A stretch of DNA of 61,917 bases, filler included, from Choristocarpus tenellus KU-1152 (lineage: Eukaryota; Protista; Phaeophyceae): NCBI GenBank assembly GCA_964200185.2. It is 7 parts of 7 records of this genome, joined end to end, with 100 filler letters (N's around TTAATTAATTAA, not from the genome) between each part and the next. Parts side by side here need not be neighbours in the genome. Positions count along the whole stretch, not along the records: positions 38,075 to 46,664 come from CAXNAD020004557.1; positions 46,765 to 53,112 come from CAXNAD020008335.1; 5 more parts are not named here. One strand, written 5' to 3'. This document shows positions 39,001-51,371 of this stretch, in pieces (positions within the stretch are counted from its first letter, which is position 1; every line of letters starts with the position of its first letter). Both the position numbers and the translations under genes were made by a program. The notes under the pieces were generated by a model, which worked only from the letters and a program-made list of their open reading frames with translations, did not search any database and was not told the DNA's origin.

Positions 39001-39704
39001 TTTCCTGGGGTAGCGGAGGTCTCACTAAAAAATTCGCTGTTAAGAGAAGGGATGCATTCACTGCTAACTCTACAAGAACACTGGTGTGTTGACCTGTTGA
39101 TGGGAAAATGTAAGGCAAAGACCCTTTCCTCTTGACCAGGATAAAACAACCAAAATCAAAAGCGCAGGTAGATGACATCACTCATCAGCCAAGCAACTGA
39201 ACAAAAACACACAGCTTGTTAGATCATAGCACCAGGGCCATCTCAAAGCTAGTCCAGATCTGCTCCAAAGCAAGGACTGGCAATAAATCTCCACATGCAA
39301 GTACATTGCAATTGATATACTATACCATAACTAACCCAGCAAACACGCCCTTCATCTACAATCATAAGAGAGCAAAAGAGAAATACCCTCAGTGCCTGGC
39401 CTTCAGGGCACATATAACAGAGGACAGGGTCCTGATCCATGGGCTGATGGTGTGAGGGGAGAATCCTCATGAAGTTTGTTGGCCTTGTTTGAAGCATTGG
39501 TCATACCATCATTAGCACCTGGGGCACAGAGCCTCAATTCTGATAACTGTCTGCAGCTTGTATTTTGAGAAGCATACAGTGCTTTACAATTGATAGAGTC
39601 AAGACAATCCTGAGCCGAGTCCAAAAGAACAGTCCTAATTCTTCTATGCAAATTGCTCCTCGACTTCAATCAACATCATCACCTACAGAAGATGGTCGAG
39701 TCCG

Positions 39705-42700
39705 TCACGGTGGAACCTGCTCACACCTATTGGTGTTGGGCACACGCTGGAGGAGTTGTGTCGTGCAACACACAACAAAAAGGGAGAGGAGGAACAGGAC
39801 AGAGCTAATCAGGCACACTACAAACGCAAAAATATGTACACGCCAGAGATGTGATTGTTTCACACTACACTACCGTGTTGAGATATTCCATTATAAAGTG
39901 CTGAATAGGGCACGATGTGAGCCACTCTTCACACGGGGAAGTCTACCTCCCTCATCACGACAGCTGGGGCGCAACAGACACACTTCCAAGGGATTGAACA
40001 TGTCTCAGCAATGAGCTTCACTGACCCATTGATGCCCGCCAACTTAAGGCTGGTTACTGCTGTGCACATCAACCATACACCTCCCCTCTACATAAACCAA
40101 AAAGAGTAGCACCTGTCCTTGATCTAGTTTTTGTATCAGGCACATTACCTTCATCCCAAACGTCTTGCATCCAAATACACCCATGTACTTGTCAGCTGCA
40201 TCATCCCCTTCAGCAGATAGCTGACTCGATGCATCCTCCTCCATTGTCGATATATCATAATTTGCCTAAGAGGTGGGTGGGCATTGTAAAAACGTTGAAC
40301 CATCCATCCACTCATGTCTTGTCAGGCTGTCAGGAATCTTGTTTGTAGTCCGGAGAGACAGAAAACAAACTAAACAACACTGATTATAAAACATGATGAA
40401 GACAAGAGCTTTGACCATACAGTGCTTCCATGGTAGGGAAACATAGACCAAGGGGAGACTAAGGCAAATGCAGATTATGTAGTAGAAGGTTGCTGCAGCA
40501 CCCCATTTCAACAGTGAGGTCTTAAATATCCCCTCCTTTTCACATTTAGTTGTAGAAAGGAAACAAAAGCCACTTTGCAAACACTAAACTGAAGCAGTCA
40601 AAATCAGATTGGATGAGGTGAGCAAGGAGTTGGGGGTTTTCGTGACATACCTTTGCCACCAAAGACAGGAACTCTTCCAGCGTCTCCTTCACCTGGTTGC
40701 ACAGTATAGTGGAAGTGTTAATATCTCTTCAACAAAATTATTTTCTCACTTGGGGTTGGATCACCTGCCACACAGTATCAAGATGTTCTACATCGAGTAA
40801 CATTTTCAAGTGAGCAGTGGTCAAAAGGGGGGTATATCCCCACATATTTGGGTCAAAGGGGACACAAGATTTGGGTTGATGTATTGGACAGCTTTCAGCA
40901 ATGCCCTTGACCACTCTTCCTCAGCAAACAGATATCATTATCATCTAGGAACTCTCAACAACCTTTGGACATCGCCTGTAAGGTTCTACCCATGAAAGAA
41001 TTGTTTCTGCTCTTACTGACTTGATCAAGCCCTGTAATCACTGGAAAGAAATGCCTCCACTCAGTGTCACGGTGAGAAACGTTTCTTAGAAAATTTGGGC
41101 ATAAAATATTCTAGGCTGAAAGAAGGCGAATGTCTAGGATCAAATAAATCTCACATGGACAACGACATCACTGCAGTGGCTCTTGATTTTATCAAGTGAA
41201 ATGACTTTCCGTTGATTCAATTCTCACCTTTAAAAAATGCCAAAACCAACACAAAAATATTATGTGCTGCCAAAACCTGTCTCCCAGTGGATATCTCAAG
41301 CAGTTTTGAAAGGTTGGTGAAAAGGGTGATAGGGCATAAACACACACCAGGTAGGTCGATAGTGGGTACATGTGAGAGGTCTTAGGCCACAAAGGGGGTA
41401 GGTACCACTGGTTTACCCAAGGGTGAAAGGGGTACATGTTTGGCAGTAGCAGATGGCATGGAGTATACCCTCTTGTTCCCGACCAAACGAGAAACGATTA
41501 CCAGTATATTTCGATATCACACCCATACAAATCGATAGCAAATAGTCCCCTCTTGACCCACTTAGCTCCCCCATCAGATCAAACAGTATTATTGTTCTTA
41601 TCTTGTTGACTGCTACCCAACTTGCAAACAATAATATCTTGTAGGATCGGTGGACAGTATCATCAGAGCATAGATTCCTTGCCTCTAGAAAAAAAAAGCA
41701 ACTCTAGAAATCTGGACTGCATGCTCAAGGCGTAAGGTGCACTAATTGGTCAGCAACCAATAACCACGCCACCAACGAGCCGCACCTCCTCGACCTCCTT
41801 CAATTGTTCCTTTGGATCCCCTGTCTTGCACGCCATCTTCAGCTCAATAATGTGTCCCTGATATTATAAGGCAGAGAAGATGAGGCGCGCCTAGATAACT
41901 TACGAGAGCATATCATTCAAACAAGTTGGCGCACGACCTTACCTCACAGCATCGTACTACTCTGACCATACCAGGAATTGGCACCATGATTTGTGGGAAA
42001 ATAAAGATAGGCAAGTGAACTTTAAAACAAAGGTGGCATAACCACTACTTTATTTATTGGCCAGGTTTTGAACATGAGGTTTCACAAAACCTTCCCAAAC
42101 CTTCATGAGAAGCGGGAGTGTGTCTGCTCTTTCTTTGCTACCCTTTGCAGACAATTGCAACAGGGGAACAGCCTCCAGCATTGTATCCCTCAACGGCTGC
42201 AGGTAGGCTTCTATGTACCGTAGGACCACGGCGGAGTCATCTGCGCCGCCTTTGAGTGCTCCACTCCTGAGATCTTGCTCCAGCTGCAACACGGAATATG
42301 TTGGATCCAACGCATTTACAGACATGATCATTGTCTCGTTGAGCGACAGCATGAAGGTCAAACCTGGCAAGGTTCCTATCTTACGTAGTCATGAACTTGC
42401 GCGTTAGTCATAATACATCCTTCCACTGCGAGGTGGAATCAATTCAAGGGGGTGCGCGAAAACATGAACACAGTCCCACCTTATTCACAGGCTGTAGGAA
42501 CTTGGCAGCCATCGTGACCTTCTCTTGTCCAACGCTTACTTCCTCCCCCCCAAAGAATGGCAAGGCTGCTTTAGAAGGCAAAACCGGCTGTAGAACAGCA
42601 ACAGAAACAGCTGTATTCAGAGTGCCGAGCACGATACGTCTTAGCAGCTCTCTACGAGAGACCAGCCCATCCAAGCCATCTGCACGATGGGATGGTCATC

Positions 42701-42962
42701 GTTAAAGTGGATTGGTTCTCTGTCAGGGAGATTTTATGAACTCTTCGAAAGGAAAAGTTCAACATCATAACCAACGAGGATCAACCCTTGCAATGTATAG
42801 CAACTCAGCACCTGGGCCGTGCAGGTCTGAGTCACTGGCAGCACAAACACTCGCGCCCAAACGTTGTTTGGCAACGGTGGCTGCTGAAATAAACCCCACA
42901 AATGCTTCCGTGACGCCGAAGAACAAATTCGGTGCAAGGGTCAGGAGCAGGAGTCCCTTCAT
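39705..42962 (-). CDS. Nuclear-encoded thylakoid lumen protein (signal peptide + transit peptide + twin-arginine signal), helical, possibly PsbQ-like; ~268 aa
   Basis: Seven exons join in frame from ATG to TGA: 42812-42962, 42480-42679, 42101-42283, 41786-41857, 40651-40692, 40149-40265, 39705-39746. N-terminus MKGLLLLTLAPNLFFGVTEA|F (AF plastid motif), then VSRRELLRR + hydrophobic stretch + SKA|A. The PsbQ-like assignment is a guess from the helical pattern. Confidence 0.8.
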
Positions 42963-45859
42963 TTCGATGAGGGAGGTAGAGGGACAAGATAACAACAAGG
43001 AATCTTCCTGCCACTATGGGTAGAGAGATGGGAAAACACCAAAAAAGACTGGATGTTAGAATTCTCATAGGGTTAGAGTTTCATTCACGATTATAATTTC
43101 TTTCAAGAGTCTTCATCTTTTCCTTACCTTATCGTTACTACAATTATTGAGTTAAAAATCGAATGAACTTGCTCGTTTGTGTATTAGTAGGTATGATGTT
43201 ATTGATGTCATTGAGGAAGTGCGTGGCATTGACCGAAGTAAGTCATGATGGTATAAGGTTCTGTTTATCTTTGTGAAACCTACTTAATACCAAAAGAGAT
43301 TCTCCCACACACCACCACCACCAATTGTTCCAATAATAGCTATGTCACATTTTCTTCTAGGTAGGGCAAATCTACAAGGAAGGGAACGAGCACTTCTTAC
43401 AGACTGAAGGATGACAGACACTCCTTTCACGGTGTACCAGAATTTCCGCGTGGACGTGGTGTTACACATTTTGGTCTTCTCTCCCTGACACACCTGGAAA
43501 ATGTCAGAGAGTCCAACAATGTATTTTATTTTGTTTCTTCTACTACAGTTATTCAGAGAGAAGTGGCCACTATTATTATCATGCATGAAGATTTGAACCC
43601 AATCATCGATACCAGCCATCTTTCAGTGGAGATATGGTTTCGATTTTCCGGATTCCACATGGCAAGCAATGTGGATTGTAAATGTACTATAATAATATTA
43701 ATGCTACTACGTAGTACTATAATATACTGAGTACTTGGAAGTATCATCCCACCTATCCGTCATCTGTTGTTACACCAAAAAAATGCCCCACCAAGAAAAA
43801 GGGGCAGGTAAGGCTTCAATTACATCATATTATAATTAGCTAGCACATAACCCATACACATTGCTTCCACGGCAAGGAAGGGCCATCCAACCTATTTGTT
43901 ACGGTCTGGCTCTGGTATAGTACCAGAGATTTGAAGCGTCTTGAAAGTTGAGGAGTTCTTGTTTGAATTCATTTTTGAGCCAAACTATATGAGAGGTGCC
44001 CAGTCTCGGGTCGTTTTACATTTTAAGTCACCCATTTCCTCTTTTGCAATTCACTTTTATTCTATGAATGAATGAAGTACAAAGATTGATCTGAGGACGT
44101 TGATTCTTTGTTATGATTTTTTGACAGAATTGAGACAAGCACCTATACGCATTTGTTGTACAAAAAGCCGAGTGATGATTCACACATACATGTATGTCAG
44201 CATCCTTGGAATGCTACTTAAGTACCTTTCGTCTACTTTGCCTCTTTGTTTCACCCTCTTATTGTTGAAATGCAGTCACTAGCATTGATTTGCAAGCTGA
44301 CCGTTTCTAGTCTTGTATTTTTATATATCCGTATGCGTAACAGTAAATGGTGATTCAATACCATGAGAATCATTGTGATGATTGTGTAAATTCGGATATA
44401 AAATACACTACCAACCGTGATATTTGCAAAAGCTAAAATAACATCCTCCCAAATGTCACCATTAGGTTCCTGGTGAAGAGTGGTTAAAGTAAACGAAAGA
44501 TATTCAGAATTGCATTTTAATGATGCTGGCAAATATATGCAAAGTTCAACAATTTTTTCGAGCATCACAGTCTGCCATACTTGCTGAAGTGTGTACCTAG
44601 AAAATTAGCGTCCGCCTGATATTGATACTGCTTATCAGTGCTCACTAGTTTTGTTTCCCGAACGGTATATAAATAATTACCAGTTGTGGAATTATTCAAG
44701 GATCATAACACCTGTCATCTCACACTTCGGTGCGGTAACGGTAATTTTTTAAGAACCACAGTAATGTACGGAAACGTCCATTGTGAAATAAATTGCATGG
44801 TGCAGTAAACGGATTTGGGGGGAAACGTACAGTACCATGTGGTATCATTGAACCATGAATATATTATAAGGAATCATATCAGCGATCTTGAAAAAGGTAC
44901 AGTTCGATACAGTGGTAAGGTGTGTAGTGATATGATGTGTACGGTAAAGTAAATGAAAATTAAAAAAAAGGCATGTTAAGCACAATAGTTCCACTGTTTC
45001 CCACTGGATATTCGGATGGCAAGTTATGGATTATACACTGCTTCCATAGTATCCTGCCAGTGAATCTGGTTGAGGTGAGTGATGAGTCCAGATGTGCCAT
45101 CCTTGGCTTGGAGTTGTGAGTAAGGAGATCCCTGCAGTCTTTTCGTTTACCATTTTTGACGACCAAGACGCCACACCTCATGGTGGCTCCTTTTAGGGAG
45201 GAAGAACCAATGGACAAACTTTCACAAGACCACTGGTGATCTCCTAACAGACTTTCTGGTCTTGTTGATCTCAATAGCTGTTACCATCGACCTGCTGCTC
45301 CTCTAACCAAGATGAGAAGTCAAAGTAGGCCTCTCTGGCACTGGTGCCGTACTGCCCACCTCAGAAGACTCTGCCCTCTCGATGTCTACCAGAGGGTCCA
45401 CAGTCAAGTCGTGGAGTCTTGCTCCAACCAAAAGGCAATCTCTTCTTCCTCTTCCTCGTTGATTCCCCTTTCCTCAGTCCTTGAAAAATCGCTTTCCACC
45501 TCCATCACTCAGTTCCAAACAGGAAAAAGAAAGACACCTGTCTATGATAATGTATCTATGTCGTCTGGTAACTGCCTAGAGCAAAACCCATGGAGAGGTA
45601 GGCAGGTTTGGAACCTTATGCACTCCAAGCCGTCCTCCTTACCCTGCAATTCACCCTATTTAATTGTTTTATGTACACATTGGTGTACGCAAAATTGATG
45701 TTCCCCCTTTCCACACAATGTGATACCACAATTCAGCAAAGGCTCTTTCTGCGATTGTACGAATCGGTGTCTTTTTGCCCTTTCTCGGGATCCTTAAAAT
45801 GCAACCTTGCCTACCTCTCAGTTGGTTTGAATCCTAACTGGACTGCACAGTTATTTTGT

Positions 45860-46480
45860 GACATTCCAATAATCTGACAGGCCTCTTACCCACCTGTCTG
45901 GTGTATCTACCTTGAAATGTATGACGCATCCCGAGGGAGTCACTTGTGCAGTGACAGACACCACCATATGTCTCCAACAGACCTTGACAAACCCTTTCCC
46001 TCAATATCCTCCCACCCCTCTCCCCCCTATTGTATTGGTGGCTACCTCATCCAATAAACGTTCTGCTTGCTTTCCAAGGCGCCTAAAACTTTTCACCACG
46101 AAGATAGTGAGATAAAAACTACGAGGGTCAAGGTATCCCTCGTCGTAGGTGTTATTTTACGCCTCAACTGCAGCAACAGCTACACCATTGTTGGTGGATG
46201 AGTGAAGTAGATGACAGACTGCTTGGACGTCTGCAAAGTAACATCCAGAAGGAGGCCTTTTTCCCGGTAGAGAGTTGAGACAGTGTCTGAAAGTGCCATA
46301 GCGTTGAAACACCACACCCATGCGAAAGTTCATATCCACTGTAAACGGACTGCCATCCTCCATAGTGCAAGGGATGTCAATTTTTTTGGAGAGTCGGCCT
46401 AGGCGATTCACCATAGGTTTGTGCTGATAAAATTATCCTCCCACCCTAGGCAGGCGCAGGTATGTCCGGTGTCGACATTA
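45860..46480 (-). mobile_element. RLE non-LTR retrotransposon endonuclease-domain fragment (longest copy, degenerate)
   Basis: QHKPMVNRLGRL...EDGSPFTVDMNFRMGVV...HSSTNNGVAVAAVEA*...KSFRRLGKQAERLLDEVA...VVSVTAQV; homologous to 25380-25650. Confidence 0.72.
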
Positions 46481-46830
46481 TATATGTCTCCTGCACCTGG
46501 CAACTGGACACCTGTGTATTAGTTTTGTTTTTTCCCTCGCACATATGATATCGTTCTTCTTCTTCAAAAATCCTATAGTACATTGGATAATGGTCCTGTT
46601 CGTAGATAGTGCTGCTGATACACTATAGACACCATCGGTAGAATAGATTAGGAAATGCAGACACNNNNNNNNNNNNNNNNNNNNNNNNNNNNNNNNNNNN
46701 NNNNNNNNTTAATTAATTAANNNNNNNNNNNNNNNNNNNNNNNNNNNNNNNNNNNNNNNNNNNNCTGATGGGGGTGGGTACCTCTGTGGGATGCCCGTGA
46801 TCATGCTGTTATATGGTGATACTTACAAAG

Positions 46831-47157
46831 GTGGACTATAAGTTCATGGTTCACCACTATGCAGGTGAGATTGTGTACGAGACCGAAGGATTCCTTGAGA
46901 AGAACAGGGACATGCTTCATCAGGAAGGAATAGACCTGCTCAAGAGCTCCACCTCTGGGTTCATCCGTGGTTTTGGAGAAAGGTAGGGTCTTTACGGTGG
47001 AGGCAGGAGAGTTTGTTTGTGTTTGTGCAACCCCCGCTTCGATACAAAGAAGAAAAAAAAGAAAAGTATATTAGTATCGTAGTGATTCGTTTTGGATTGG
47101 AATTAGGAGGTAGGGTTAGGGTTTCAAGGCATTCGCTCCTTACTTACTTTCTTGTTC

Positions 47158-47195
<38 letters not shown>

Positions 47196-50100
47196 TTTTG
47201 TTTGTTGTTGTTTTTTGGCGGGGGGTGGGGGTTACAGTTCGGTCCCTCTTGAAGTGTGTGATGATAATTCCAGAACAAAAACAAAATAAAACAAAATGTA
47301 GAATATAAAGAGTAGAAAATAAAGAGTTTGCCGGTGGTATTCCCCCCCCCCCACTGTAGTTTTTGTGTTTTGTAGTGGATTTTTATTTTGTAGTGTTCCA
47401 TCAGACTCCAATTCCTGGATCAATACGTATGTGAGTGTAAAGTTGTGTTTGGTATTGCCATGTCGTCTCCTCTGGGGAGAAGTGGAAGGCGTTTTTGAAC
47501 CGTTGCTACTACTTACTGTTTGGTACACTATAAACATAACGTTGCTGTTGATAGAGTACTTATTTTTGTTTATTTTTCATTGTTGTGATTTTTGTATTTA
47601 TTATTATTGTGGAAGTAGTAGTAATAGTAGCAGTGATAATTACTTTTTTTGTAAGGGTTGTTGTGGTGGGTCTCTAAGCAGTGAATTATTTTTTGATTAT
47701 CGTGTTTTGTTTTTTGAGTTGGTGGTAGGGTTAGGGATTCGATCCGTTTTTTGTTTTTGTGTGTGTGTATATTTTTAATTTATTTATGTAGTATAGTTTA
47801 TTTTCGTACAGGTTGAGGCTGAGGTTGAGGAGTTTTTTTTTCTCTGTGGTTGTTTTTTTTTATTTTGGAACATTATTTCTATGTATTTTATTGTTGTTGT
47901 TGTTGCTGAAAGGTTTTGTCTGGTACGCATGGGATGGGTGTATGGATGTAATAATAATAATAATAACAAATCATTACCATTTTCTGGTAGAGTACTGAAA
48001 GATCTTGGGCAGGGGATCTTAATCAATACATGATACAAGGTTGGGGCTCTCTATAGAGGGAGGTAAAATATACCTAGACAATTGCTCCCAGTGCTACCTA
48101 CATATGTTTCACCTAAGCGTCGTGAAGGCCCTGGAGTTGCTAAGAAGTCAAAGGCGTTTATTGTGCTGTTATATAGTAATATTGTAATATTTCTGCTGAA
48201 CTGTTGTATGTACACTGGTTTTCCACACCTTGGTGGATTGGCAGTGCACATGCGGAGGGAGCAACGAGCACGGCATCGTCAGCCAGGCGAGGACCTAAGG
48301 GTAGCCGCGCTAGCAGCATTGTGTCGCAGGTGTGTGTAACTGTATTTGTAACTGTATGTTTAGCGGGTTTAAGGTTAAGGCTGAGGCACTATTTACATTG
48401 TATCGTTCTGTTGTGTGTGTGTGTGTGTGTGTATTGGTGAGGGATAGGGTTAGGGCGTGTGTATATATATATATATATACATGAGTGTGTGTGTGTTTTT
48501 TTTTTGTCTTGATAATATTACAGTGTTCATGGGGTTAGCAATTTGTTTACGTTTATCTTACATGTGTTCACTGTGTGTTGGTGTGGATTGGTAAGGGTTA
48601 GGGGATGTAGGATTAGGACAGGCCTCTTGTGTTGGTGTTTTCAGTTTTTTGGGGGTTAGGGTTTGATAGGAGGTTTTTACGATGGTGTGCTTTGGTCTTT
48701 CGGCCTTTGCTGTAGCAGATTAGGGTTAGGGTTTAGTCCACAGGTGTCTTCTATTGTTGTTGATTTTTGATAAGTGGAATATGACATCAGTAATGAAAAA
48801 TTGGTTATGGTTGGTGAGTTTTGTGCACAGCGAAGGCGTCTGATTGGTCGGAAGTGTTCTCGTGGTATTTTTTTCTTTTTTGTCATTTTATGTACCCCTA
48901 CCTGTGCTGCACTATTTTTGATTATTACGGTGACTCATATATATTTTTTGGTGTTAGTGTGGTAGTATTTTTATGCAATTTTTATGCAATTTTTTTTCAA
49001 GAGTGTAGTGTAGAAGTTGTGGTGTTGTCACAAAGTTTATTATTATTTTCGGTAGTGTTAGTTTGGATAACAATAATATTCAATAACAAAGAAACCCTTG
49101 CTTCTTAAACAGGGCCTGCTCAGGTCCAAGGTTAGAGGTCTTGGATGTATATTTTATTACTGTTTACATATTTATGATGTAGGCCTGTTTTTACAGTGTT
49201 TACTTGTGTACATACATAGAGCTAGTAGTAATAGTAGCAGTAGTTAGTTATAGCATGAGTAGTTCAATATGTAGTTCCCCTGACCACTGGTTGGGATGTT
49301 TCACAGACTAGTGTGGGACAAGATATAAATATATTTTATCATTATAGTGATGTGATACAAAATATTAAGAACCTGTTATGAACCCTCTCCTTTGCCTCTC
49401 CCATATTATTGTTTGCATTCCTCAGAGTCATCCTTGTTGAGTATGGAATACATGTCCATAGATAAATAAAAATAGACATTGATGTAAATAAATTAAAATT
49501 AAAATAGATATTTGATGTAAATATATACCCTCAAATGTTGTCACGCAGTCTGTGGGGGCTCAGTTCAAGAACCAGCTGAATCACTTGCTGGGTGCTATCG
49601 GAGAGACCCATCCACACTATGTCAGGTGTCTGAAGCCGAATGATGTGAATGTCAGGTCCAACTTTGATTTGAGGAGAATTACCTCGCAGCTGGCTCATGG
49701 GGGTAAGAGGAAGGGGAAGGGGAAGGGGAAGAGCAATCAGATGGATGTATGATGGTGTGTTGTTTCTTTTTATTTTAGCCATCGAAGTGGTTTTTTTCAT
49801 TTATTTATTTTATTCTTTATGGGTGCATCCCGTCGGTAAAATTTTTTATTTTGTTCGTTGCTTACATTCTTTTAACAGGTGTTTTGTGTTTGTGTGTGTG
49901 TGTGTGTGTTTTTTGTGATGTATTTATTATTTTTAATAGTAATATTAATAATAATAAAATTGTGTGCGCTGCTCTACTGTTGCGGTCTGTTCCTTTTTTT
50001 TTTAGTTGGGAATACTAGAATAGAAGCAAACCAACCCGAACCGCTTTTCTTATATATGTATTTATTTTTTATTTTTCGATTTTTGAATGGTGTTTCGTTG

Positions 50101-51371
50101 ACACATCCACAAAGGGTTTGTAAACTGTTGCTGGCGGGGGGGGGGGGGGGGGGGGTGTTTTTTTAAAAAAAAATTTTTTTTTTTTTTTAANNNNNNNGTT
50201 TGGGGGGGGTGGTTTATGGTTAGGATATGTCTTTGAAAAGAAAGATTTTTTATTTTCATCAGATATATATATATACACACATATATTTCTGTATTTTTCT
50301 TAGTACTCATTACATTGTGTTTTTTCGTGATATTGGAAGGCGTGCTTGCTGCGGTGCATGTTGCACGGGCTGGATTCCCAGTTCGCATGCAACATGGGGA
50401 GTTTGTTAAGAGATACGGGCTTTTGGCTGTGAATATGCTGGGGGCAGCATGGAGAACTGCCAAGAAGGAGACGCCGGATAGCTTGAAGGAGCAAGAGAGG
50501 GCTGTGGCAAGGTGGCATGTTAATGATTATGATTATGATATTATGATTTATGAGAGTGGAATATTTATGTGGCATCCTTCTTTTTTTTTTATAAGTATTT
50601 ATTTTTCGCTGAGCTAAGAATGAAAAGATGTTTTTGTCTTTTTCTTGTGTAAATAGAGAGTATGTTACTTTTTTGGTGTTTCAGGACAGGGTATGGTACA
50701 AAATGAACATAAAAAATGGAGTATTATATTGGTGTTGAGTAGAAGAGATGATGCTGGGGGGGGGTATGCTGCAAATGTGTACAATGAGTATGTGGTGTAC
50801 TTTCAAAAAATAATAATAAAAAAAAAAAATTCTTGGATTAGGTATTTATTTGCTTTAAAGTTGAAAAGTTTTTTTTCTAGAGCTCAGACAGTTTGGTTGT
50901 ACTAGGTGGTATGTGCAATCTGTTGAGGGGTGGGGAGAGGTCTGTTGTATTGTTTAAAGAGTGTTGAAGTATTTAGCAAGGGCATGATCTGTAGATTGGT
51001 CGGCCTTAAGGCCAATGGGAGGATGTGTCGGTCTCAAACAACAGTTATATTGGTCAATCTTGGCCAATGGGATGATGTGTCCATCTCAAACAACAGTTAT
51101 ATTGGTCAATCTTGGCCAATGGGATGCAAGTGGCGCCATGGAACACCCTGTACCCTGTATTGACATGTTCCTCTCACCTCTTTCTGACAGGGAGCTGATA
51201 TTCGAGATAGTTCCACTGCTGAGTATGAATAACGTTACTAGGGAGGCGTTGGTGAATACAGCCAAGAACCATAAGAAAGGGGCAAGAGGCCTGTTCCAGT
51301 CAGCCAGCTTTAGGGATCTGTGTGGGGTGGGGGGGGTACAGATTGGAAAGACCAAGGTGTTCTTCCGACAG
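46831..51371 (+). CDS. Myosin heavy chain, C-terminal part of motor domain and converter (partial gene)
   Basis: Exons 46831-46982 (FMVHHYAGEIVYETEGFLEKNRD), 48245-48329 (loop 2), 49549-49702 (SVGAQFKNQLNHLL...PHYVRCLKPN), 50340-50511 (GVLAAVHVARAGFPVR...FVKRY) and 51191-51371 (QIGKTKVFFR), all phase-compatible with GT/AG. Confidence 0.95.
51010..51126. repeat. 52-bp tandem duplication in a myosin intron
   Basis: GGCCAATGGGA starts at 51010, 51062 and 51114 with near-identical units. Confidence 0.9.

Noticed and set aside
38210-39500. Broken coding-like sequence possibly from a transposase or endogenous virus
   Set aside because: No recognisable motif in any frame; it cannot be supported without a homology search.
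51010-51126. 52-bp direct repeats as CRISPR or regulatory array
   Set aside because: Simple head-to-tail tandem duplication with no unique spacers.
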